From an uncultured bacterium (GTDB taxonomy: Bacteria > Chloroflexota > UBA5177 > JANWHV01), in NCBI GenBank assembly GCA_963827235.1, contig CAWHAE010000018.1:96001-160000 (forward strand): a stretch of DNA of 64,000 nt. Reading direction: 5' to 3'. Of this stretch, positions 39,441-47,255 are shown piece after piece (positions within the stretch are counted from its first letter, which is position 1; every line of letters starts with the position of its first letter). The notes below the pieces were generated by a model that did not search any database, had not been told where the DNA came from, and was given only the letters and a program-made list of their open reading frames with translations. Made by a program: the position numbers and the translations under genes.

Positions 39441-39930
39441 CTATGGCTTGCTGGGGCCGGTGAAGCGGGCCAGCAGCGGGACGAGCACCTGCGCGTTGGG
39501 GGTTCCCAGGCCCGTTACCGGGTCCCATCCGCGAGCGGCCTGGTAGCCGTTGTAACCGGCCGTAATGTCGTGAAATGCCTTGGGGTAGCGCGAGCTACGG
39601 GCGATGCGGTAGAGGACGGGATTCACGGAGCCAAGGTCGCGAGGGGCGTACTGGTCCGCCAAGGCCACGAGTCCTCCCCACAGCGGCGCGGAGTTGCTGG
39701 TGCCAGCGGCCGTTTCGAGGTATCCCTGGCCACCGGCGGCGTCGACCCGCGCCATTTCGCCGACCTCATCAGCGCTACCGGCCACGTCGGGCACGCCCCT
39801 CGTCTTGGAGATTCCGGGGACGTCATCCTGATAGGCGGGACGGGCGTACAGGCGGCTGGAGCCGCCACCCGATTCGGGTCAGGCGATCTCGCCCATGTAC
39901 GCGCCGGTCGAAGGAAGTGCTGCGACGACG
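39441..39930 (-). pseudogene. S53 (sedolisin/kumamolisin) peptidase C-terminal remnant with in-frame stop
   Basis: GEIA*PESGGGSSRLYARPAYQ...RGVPDVA...GTSNSAP...FHDIT.G...GWDPVTGLGTP; TGA at 39879-39881 where Trp is typical; N-terminal part absent. Confidence 0.85.
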
Positions 39931-40219
39931 AGCAGGTGTGCTCGCCATGAGCGGATCAGCCGCTGCCGCCGCATGCTGGTCTCCCTCTGATCTTCTCCCG
40001 ACCTGCACATTGCTTCTACGCCACGTGCGGTTTCGCTGATCAGGTACGGTGCCGCCGCGCCAGAAAGTCGCACACGGTCAGGTACAGTGAGCCAGCGTCA
40101 ATCGTAGCACACGTCTGCCCGGGCCGGCTGCCATGGCAGAGCCCGTAGCCCGGTTGGTAGAGCGATGAGGATACTCGGGCAGCAGGGTCGTTTGCCACTT
40201 GCCGGCGCTGCGCAGCACG

Positions 40220-41479
40220 CTACGCCCGCCGGACAGTACTGCGCCGTCCCGGGAAGCCGGTTCGCAGCGTCGCGATCACCGCGAGCGCAGCCTGGGGCAC
40301 GGTGAGGATCAGTATCGTCGCAGTGCCGCCCAGTGACTGCAGGAGCACACCGGCAATTGCCAGTGCAACCGGCTCGCAGCCCACGGTGATGAGCTGGAAC
40401 ACGCTGTTGACGCGACCCAGCAGGTCCTCGGGAATGAGCTGGAGACGGTAGCTGTACTGGGTGACCCAGAAGATGGTCACCGGCAGCCAGCCGACCACGT
40501 CTGCCAGGAACAGCGCGGGCAGATTTGGTGCGAGGGCGAAGGGAAACCAGGTGATCACCCAAGCCCAGGTGACGGCGATCATGATCTGACCCACTGTGAA
40601 TCGTCTGCGCAGCCGAGCGGCAAGCAGCGCTCCGATCATGCCGCCAACGCCGCCGGCGCAGAAGAGCAGACCGGTCAGGAAGGCATCCGCGTGCATCTCG
40701 TGGGCGCGCACGATCAGGATCAACGGGTAGCCGAAACTGCACACATTGAGTCCACCGATCAACAACGCCAGGAAGCGCAGCCGGGCGTGGCCCCAGAGCC
40801 AGCGGAGCCCTTCGCGCATCTCCGCCCACAGTCCAGCCGGCACAGCGGCGCGGTCGCCCTGGAAGTCCGTCTTGATGCAGAGCAGTGATACCACGGAAAC
40901 GGCGTACGAGAGCGCGTCCGCCAGGAATGGCAGTGCCCGGCTCGCCGAGTAGAGCAGGCCGGCCAGCGATGGGCCGGCAAGGCGGGCGGCGGAGTCACTC
41001 GCGGAGCCGAGACTAACCGCGACGGGCACGTCTTCCCGGCACACCATCTGGGTGAGGCAGCTGCTCCCCGCCGCGGTGTAGAAGCTCGCGAAGGTGGCTT
41101 CCAGCAGCGATGCCAGCACGAGCTGCGCGAGCGTCAAGTGCCCGAGCAGCAACGCTATTGGGATACTGGACAGTGCCAGTCCGCGGACGGCGTCCGAGAC
41201 GAGCATCAAGCGTTTGCGATCACATCGGTCCGCCAACACTCCCGCCGGCAGGGGAAGCAGTGTCCAGGGCAGGCTGGCAAGCGCACTCAACAGACCGGTT
41301 TCCGCCGGAGATCGAGTGATAGCCAGCGTCAGCAATGGGAACGCAAGCTGCGATACCTGCGAGCCTACTCCGGACAGGGTCTGCCCGCACCACAGCAACA
41401 CGAAGTCACGATTCCTCCGGATGGAGGCCAGGGTTCCTAGTCCGGCTTGTTCAATCCTGTCAATCTGCTCCGCCACCAT
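40220..41479 (-). CDS. MFS transporter (EntS/MefA-like), ~419 aa
   Basis: GVLADRCDRKRLML motif A; about 12 TM segments; LLGRVNS. Confidence 0.9.
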   Translation of the reverse strand: MVAEQIDRIEQAGLGTLASIRRNRDFVLLWCGQTLSGVGSQVSQLAFPLLTLAITRSPAETGLLSALASLPWTLLPLPAGVLADRCDRKRLMLVSDAVRGLALSSIPIALLLGHLTLAQLVLASLLEATFASFYTAAGSSCLTQMVCREDVPVAVSLGSASDSAARLAGPSLAGLLYSASRALPFLADALSYAVSVVSLLCIKTDFQGDRAAVPAGLWAEMREGLRWLWGHARLRFLALLIGGLNVCSFGYPLILIVRAHEMHADAFLTGLLFCAGGVGGMIGALLAARLRRRFTVGQIMIAVTWAWVITWFPFALAPNLPALFLADVVGWLPVTIFWVTQYSYRLQLIPEDLLGRVNSVFQLITVGCEPVALAIAGVLLQSLGGTATILILTVPQAALAVIATLRTGFPGRRSTVRRA

Positions 41480-42030
41480 CGATCGCTCCTCTTCGCACAC
41501 ACCAACGCCGTGTGGCCGCAGGTCGCGGCCACACAGTTGTGCCCGGCGTGGGAATAGGAGAAGGAGAACGACGCGGAACCGAAGGGGATGGCTCGTCATG
41601 GGGTGCGGCCTCGACTCGGCATGGCCGGCGAGGACGACGAACGAGCGGCGCCACCTCTAGCCGCGTAGACCCAGCGCCGGGCCTACGCGGCGAAGCGGCT
41701 TGTCTGAATGAACGGCAAGGTGTTCAGGTGCGATAGCCGATGCCTCATGCAGCCCATCCTAGCGGCCCGCTTGGCGTTACGTCAACAATGTGAAGCGAAC
41801 TATACTGTGCTCCTCCCGAGGAGAGCGTCGCCTTGTGCTCGCGCGAGACGAAGGTGAGCCTGCTCGTGAAACGCTCCAGAAACGGCAGTGGCCTAGAGTA
41901 CGTCCAGGTGCGAGCGCGGCCACGATGCAGCCGATCGTCACACGGCAGCAACGCTGCCAGAAGGAGGGTTTCGGCGGTAAGGGAAGGGCGTGAGCAAGTT
42001 GGAGATGATGTAGAAGATAAGGAGTCAATC

Positions 42031-42612
42031 ATGCGGCGGACCATCGTATTGCTCAGGGTCGTCTTGCTGCTCGTGCTGACCGCCTGCGCCGGCGGGCAGC
42101 CAGGCACGTTACCGGCACGCGCGCAAGGACCGGCAGCCACGCGGCCGGCGTTGCCCGCACAGCTGCTGATCATCAAGCGTTTTGGCGCGGCGCTACGCAG
42201 CCAACCTTCCAGCAGCGCCGCCATCGTCATGGTGATGGAGTGTGGCTCGCGGGTAAACGTGTCCGGCGCCAGCGCAGGCTGGTACCGCGTGTTCGCTGGC
42301 CGCTACGCGGGGTGGGTCGGCGGCGCGCGGGTAGCGGACGCACAGAATCCTCCCGCCTACGACTGCACGGACTCGTACACGTTCCAGATGGGAGAGCACG
42401 CATATAGCTTCGTCAGGACCGGTTGCCTGAGCCTGCGTGCCCAGCCCTCGCGGCATGCTGCCTACCACTATTGCGTCTCGAATCACCACGACTATGTGGT
42501 GACCAATGGGCCGATCGAGGTAGCAGGGGAGGACTGGTTGGGCGTCACGAGCCCGTCGACGGGAGGCGGCTGGTCGCTCGCGCAATATCTGTATCCCTAC
42601 TTTCGAAACTGA
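42031..42612 (+). CDS. secreted lipoprotein with two SH3b-like domains, ~193 aa
   Basis: Lipobox LTAC; LRSQPS...GWYRV...GWV and LRAQPS...W.GV...GW; TAAGGAG RBS. Confidence 0.75.
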   Translation: MRRTIVLLRVVLLLVLTACAGGQPGTLPARAQGPAATRPALPAQLLIIKRFGAALRSQPSSSAAIVMVMECGSRVNVSGASAGWYRVFAGRYAGWVGGARVADAQNPPAYDCTDSYTFQMGEHAYSFVRTGCLSLRAQPSRHAAYHYCVSNHHDYVVTNGPIEVAGEDWLGVTSPSTGGGWSLAQYLYPYFRN

Positions 42613-42769
42613 CGCGCGAGCGACCAGCCGCACGCAAACTGGAGCGCCTCACCAGCGGTCACCGGCCCGCTCGCCCTTCCGGCCGTCGAACACAGCGGCG
42701 CAGCGATCCGCGACAACATCGAAGGCGCCTTCGGCGAGCTGCGCGGCTACCCGCGGCAGCGGCCGGTGT

Positions 42770-43780
42770 TTATCGCCAATCGACGATCACGCCGAGATGC
42801 TCGTCCGGGTGGTCCAGCAGGCCGGCGTATGCCGACGCCACGTCCTCCGGTCGAACCCGATCCGTCACCAGCTCCGCCATGTGGAGCAGGCCGTCGCGCA
42901 GGCAATCCAGCAGCCATGCGGTGATCCGGGCGATCGATTCGGTCTGACCGTCCGCGTAGCGCGGCACCTGCCACTCCCAGCCACTGCGCAGCGCCAGGTA
43001 CTTGTCGAAGACCGGCCGGATGATCTGGGCGGCCATCACGCCCGTGTCGGGTTTCCACGCTGCTCCGACCAGGAAGATCTCGCCATGCGGCGCGGCGAGC
43101 GATAGAGCGGTAAGCACGCCGCGCTCGCGGCCCGAGCACTCCAGCACAACCGGGCAGCTGTTCTGCGGTCCCACCCGTGGGTCGTTCTCAGGCTGCAGCT
43201 CGCCGGGATCCAGGACGTCGGCAACACCGCATCGCTGCGCCAGGGCGCGCCGGGCGGGCAACGGCTCGACGCCGACCACGTGCATGCCGGCGATGCCGGC
43301 AAGCTGCGCCGCCAGATTGCCGACCAGTCCCAGCCCGACCACTGCCACCCGGTTGCCCGGATGGGCGGTCATCAGCCGTATGCTCACCGCGCCCACCTGA
43401 GCCAGCCGGGCCAGCGGTGCCAGGTCCAGAGACAGGCCGTCCGGCAGGCGAACGCACACGGTGCGGCGGCTGTCGAAGCGCACGAGATCCTGGTGGGGCG
43501 TGTGCGCGAGCACCCGATCTCCCGCCGAGACCCGAGCCTCGGGTCCAGCCGCGATCACCTCCCCGACCGCCGCATAGCCGGAATGGAACGGGTAGGGCAC
43601 CGGCCGGTGACCGAGACTCTGGTCCCCGGCATAGTAAGCAAGCTCAGTGCCGGTGCTCAGGGCGCTGTAGTACGCCCTGAGCAGCACTTCGTGCGGTTCC
43701 AACGGCGTGTCCGGCAGCTCTGCCTCTTCCAGGGCTGCCTGGCGTGGGCCGCCAATCACCGCGCGCCGGATACGCGTCAC
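42770..43780 (-). CDS. MDR-family (zinc-binding type) dehydrogenase, ~336 aa
   Basis: STGTE, GYAAVG, GLGLVG; GTGA overlap with the upstream gene. Confidence 0.85.
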   Translation of the reverse strand: MTRIRRAVIGGPRQAALEEAELPDTPLEPHEVLLRAYYSALSTGTELAYYAGDQSLGHRPVPYPFHSGYAAVGEVIAAGPEARVSAGDRVLAHTPHQDLVRFDSRRTVCVRLPDGLSLDLAPLARLAQVGAVSIRLMTAHPGNRVAVVGLGLVGNLAAQLAGIAGMHVVGVEPLPARRALAQRCGVADVLDPGELQPENDPRVGPQNSCPVVLECSGRERGVLTALSLAAPHGEIFLVGAAWKPDTGVMAAQIIRPVFDKYLALRSGWEWQVPRYADGQTESIARITAWLLDCLRDGLLHMAELVTDRVRPEDVASAYAGLLDHPDEHLGVIVDWR

Positions 43781-44925
43781 GCCTCCAGCCAGTCCGGATC
43801 GACCTCGATGCCCAGGCCCGGCCGGTCCGGCGGCACCAGAAAGCCTCCTTCCGGCTGGGGCACGCCGCGGAAGTACGGGAACAGCGGGCGCAGCTCGCCA
43901 TCCACCTCCGACGCGATCACCACGTACTCCGCCCAGGGCATGTTGGCCTGGGCCGCCAGCCAGTGGATGCCCCAGGGCTGCAAGCCGCCCGCGTGCGGAA
44001 TGACCTGCACGCCGCGAGCGCTCGCCAGGGCGGCGATGTGGCATGCCTCGGTGATACCGCCGCACCAGGAGAGATCGGGCTGCACGATGTGGCAGCACCG
44101 GCGCGACAGCAGCTCCGCAAAACCCCAGCGCGTGTACTCGTGCTCGCCCGTCGCCACGGCAACGCCCTCGGCCCTGCGCGTCAGCTCGGCATACCCTTCG
44201 TAGTCGTCCGGCGGCAGGCACTCCTCGATCCAGCGCACGTTGTACGGGCGCACGGCCTCGGCCATGCGCAGGGAGAACTCCAGGTTCCACGCCATGTAGC
44301 AGTCCAGCATGATCTCGGCCGCCGGTCCGGCGGTCTCACGTGTGCGCTCGACCAGGGCGACGTTGCCTTCGATGCCGGCTGAGCCATCGATTGGCCCGTA
44401 CGGCATGGCCAGCTTGAAGCGCGTGAAACCGAACTGCTTGTACCAGCCCACCTCGTTGCCCGTGACGTAGACCGGCAGCTTGTCCTGGAACTTGCCGCCG
44501 AGCAGCTGAAAGAGGGGCAGGCCGCGCGCCTTGCCCAGCAGATCCCAAAGCGCGATATCGACCGCGCTGATCGCCATGATCGGCAGGCCCTTGCGACCGT
44601 AGGGCAGGGAGGCACGGAACATCTGATCCCAGATCCGCTCCACGTTGGTGGGATCCCCGCCGATCAGCAGGTGCGCCAGGTGTCCCTCGACGATCATCCC
44701 GGCCGGGGCGGGCGCGGTGCCGCCGATGCCCACCAGGCCGTCGTCGGTCTCCACCCTGACGAGCACGTCGTGACCCCAGCGCGGGCTCCATGAGGAGCGA
44801 CGCTCCTTGTACGAGGGGTAAATGGACATCGGATTGGCTACCAGGGATTCGGAGAGCCAGGACGCCGGGGGCTCGAAGCCGGCCGGCGGCCGCATCGGCG
44901 TCGCCCAGACACGCTTGATCTTCAT
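43777..44925 (-). CDS. enolase-superfamily sugar-acid dehydratase, L-rhamnonate dehydratase (RhmD)-like, 382 aa
   Basis: VANPMSIYPSYK..RSSW, YGRKG, LDCYM, WIEE, TGEHEYTRWGF, IPH. Confidence 0.85.
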   Translation of the reverse strand: MKIKRVWATPMRPPAGFEPPASWLSESLVANPMSIYPSYKERRSSWSPRWGHDVLVRVETDDGLVGIGGTAPAPAGMIVEGHLAHLLIGGDPTNVERIWDQMFRASLPYGRKGLPIMAISAVDIALWDLLGKARGLPLFQLLGGKFQDKLPVYVTGNEVGWYKQFGFTRFKLAMPYGPIDGSAGIEGNVALVERTRETAGPAAEIMLDCYMAWNLEFSLRMAEAVRPYNVRWIEECLPPDDYEGYAELTRRAEGVAVATGEHEYTRWGFAELLSRRCCHIVQPDLSWCGGITEACHIAALASARGVQVIPHAGGLQPWGIHWLAAQANMPWAEYVVIASEVDGELRPLFPYFRGVPQPEGGFLVPPDRPGLGIEVDPDWLEA

Positions 44926-44958
44926 TCAGCGCTCACTTCATTCACAATCACAGCCAAC

Positions 44959-47238
44959 CTACCACGCACAGGTAATCTGCATCTGCCCGCTCCGGCTGGG
45001 CTTGACGAGGCGGCACGCGGGCTCCTCCAGCCACCGATGGCCGGCGTCCACGGCGTCGAGATCCACCGCTTCGGTCAGGATACTGCCGTCGACGGCCACG
45101 TGCTGGGCACGCTCGAGCCCGGGACCGCTCAGGAGCACCGTGCCGCCCGCGTCGGGCGCCTGCAACGTCACCGCGAGCGATCGGTCCGACAGCGTGAGGT
45201 CGCTCAGCGAGTCGGCCGCGGTGACGTGGTAGCGGCCGGCGGCCGTTCGCGCCACGAGCGTGCAAGGATCGACGGGCTCGCCATCCAGCGCGAAAAGCGC
45301 GTGGCCGAGCAGGGTTGGCGTGAGCCACCAGGTATATTCCTCGTCACCCCTGGGAGCGCTGAAGGCGTCGGGATACATGCCGGCCAGCGGGCCGTCTGGA
45401 GCCTGCTGCTGCACGCCGTTCGCGATCACGCCCTCGGCCACGGACCGCCAGCGGGTGTGCGGACGCGCCGCCGCGAGATCGAGCAGGGCCCGGGCGTACA
45501 CGAGGCCGTTCCACTGCACCAATACGCCAAACCACGATTGAGCGTCGAAGAAGGTCGCACCGAAGACCGGGATCGTGCCGTAGCGCATGATCGGACGGAA
45601 CATGGGATTCCAGAGATAGACGAACGGCAGTCCTGCCAGTGCCCAGCGTTCCGCCTCGTCCAGGTACGACGGGTCCCCGGTGAGGTGGTGCGCCTCCATG
45701 GCGGCACCTACGCCGTAGGCGGCGGCCAGCACGTCCGGCACGTGCACCTGCAGCTCCCAGGTCTGCGCCCCTTCGGGACGCGGCTGACTGCGCAAGTACG
45801 CGGCACCGCGCAAGCCGGCTGTCTCGGCGGCAGGATCACCGGTCATGCGAGCAAAGCGCAGGAAGCGCAGCGCTGCTTCGGCAGTGATGCCGCTGGACGA
45901 GTCATCTTGCCGCCCAAGCTGCTGCTGGCGTTCCTCCTTCGGCTGGAAGGGAAAGGCGCCGTCCGGCCGCTGCCGCCGCGCAAGCTCGGCGAGCGAGCGC
46001 GCGGCATCCTGCAGCGCCGGTGCCAGCCCTCCGTAGGAGAAAGCAAGGTCGAGATGGGTGACCGCGTTGTGGGACTGGCGCGCGCGTCCGGCATCGACCC
46101 CCGCTCTCACGATGGCGCGCGGCAGCTCCGCCTCGCCCAGCAGTCCGCGGCGAGCCGCCTGCCACAATTGCAACGCCACGCCGGGCTCGTAACGCGGACC
46201 CGAGGTATCCGCGAGCGTGTGATGCCAGGCCCTGGCCTCCGGGTCCCAGGACTGCGCCGTGTAGCTGTGCAAACAGAGTGCCAGGGCAGCGGACCAGTCG
46301 CGCGGCAGAGGAGGAGGCGCAATGCTGCCCTGCGCTGCCAGCCAGCGTTCGAGCACCACGAGCGAGCCGTGGGCGCGCGGCGGTTGCCCGGCTCCCTCCT
46401 GCGGTCCGGCGAAGACTGGCGCCGGGCCAGCGCACAGCGTGGCCGCGATCGCCAGGCGCGCGCCGGCCGGCACGGAATACGGGTGATGCGCGGCAGTGCT
46501 GTTTTCCGCGGTCCAGGCCGATCCGGCCGGAGGAACGAAGAGCCCGATGCGATTCGGCCGCGTGGCTCCGTCCTGCACATCCGCTTGGAGATCGGGCAGC
46601 GCATACTCGGCGCCGACGTACGCGTGTGCGTTGCACCAGAGCTGGTTGGGGTCCCACCACAGACCGGCAGCAATGCCGCCCGAGGAGAGCGCCATCAGGG
46701 GAACAGTGACCTTGTAGGGATGCGGCGCGTTGCGGCGAGCGAAGACCGGAGCCGCGTTCGCCGTGTCCGATGCTTGCTCGCCGGCAAGCAGCCACTCCAA
46801 CCCCGGAAAGAGGGCATCGTCCCTCGACTGGAACAGCTGGTCGTCGAAGCTCAGACTCGGGCCACCAAAGTGAACCAGCCGGCAGTCGCGCGACGGGATC
46901 GCCCAGTAGACGACCGATATCTCGCGCGTGCCCGTGCGCCGCAGTTCGACTCCGAATCGGCAGGAGCCGAGCGTGCCATCGTCGATCAGCCCGCTCAGGC
47001 TGACTCCGTCCTGCAGGGCAGCGCCGTCGGTAGGCGCCAGGTCGAAGCTTGCCCTCTGAGCCTGCAGTTCTGCCGATGCAGGCTCAACCGCCACCACCAG
47101 CCGTCCCCACGTGAGGGTCCCGATCGATCGCCAGACGCCGTCGACCGGCACCGAGAGACGCATGCCCCGAGTGCCGGGCTCGGTGCTCAGACGGAACGAG
47201 TCGGTAGCCAGCTCCTGCCGGCTCAGCTGCACAGTCAT
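44959..47238 (-). CDS. large hypothetical protein, ~759 aa (possible (alpha/alpha)-barrel carbohydrate-active enzyme)
   Basis: Long ORF in the operon with GAAAGGAG RBS; blocks PEGAQTWE, PDVLAA, GTIPVFGATF, VQWNGLVYA look conserved. Confidence 0.7.
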   Translation of the reverse strand: MTVQLSRQELATDSFRLSTEPGTRGMRLSVPVDGVWRSIGTLTWGRLVVAVEPASAELQAQRASFDLAPTDGAALQDGVSLSGLIDDGTLGSCRFGVELRRTGTREISVVYWAIPSRDCRLVHFGGPSLSFDDQLFQSRDDALFPGLEWLLAGEQASDTANAAPVFARRNAPHPYKVTVPLMALSSGGIAAGLWWDPNQLWCNAHAYVGAEYALPDLQADVQDGATRPNRIGLFVPPAGSAWTAENSTAAHHPYSVPAGARLAIAATLCAGPAPVFAGPQEGAGQPPRAHGSLVVLERWLAAQGSIAPPPLPRDWSAALALCLHSYTAQSWDPEARAWHHTLADTSGPRYEPGVALQLWQAARRGLLGEAELPRAIVRAGVDAGRARQSHNAVTHLDLAFSYGGLAPALQDAARSLAELARRQRPDGAFPFQPKEERQQQLGRQDDSSSGITAEAALRFLRFARMTGDPAAETAGLRGAAYLRSQPRPEGAQTWELQVHVPDVLAAAYGVGAAMEAHHLTGDPSYLDEAERWALAGLPFVYLWNPMFRPIMRYGTIPVFGATFFDAQSWFGVLVQWNGLVYARALLDLAAARPHTRWRSVAEGVIANGVQQQAPDGPLAGMYPDAFSAPRGDEEYTWWLTPTLLGHALFALDGEPVDPCTLVARTAAGRYHVTAADSLSDLTLSDRSLAVTLQAPDAGGTVLLSGPGLERAQHVAVDGSILTEAVDLDAVDAGHRWLEEPACRLVKPSRSGQMQITCAW

Positions 47239-47255
47239 CGCGAGTGGATCTCCTT

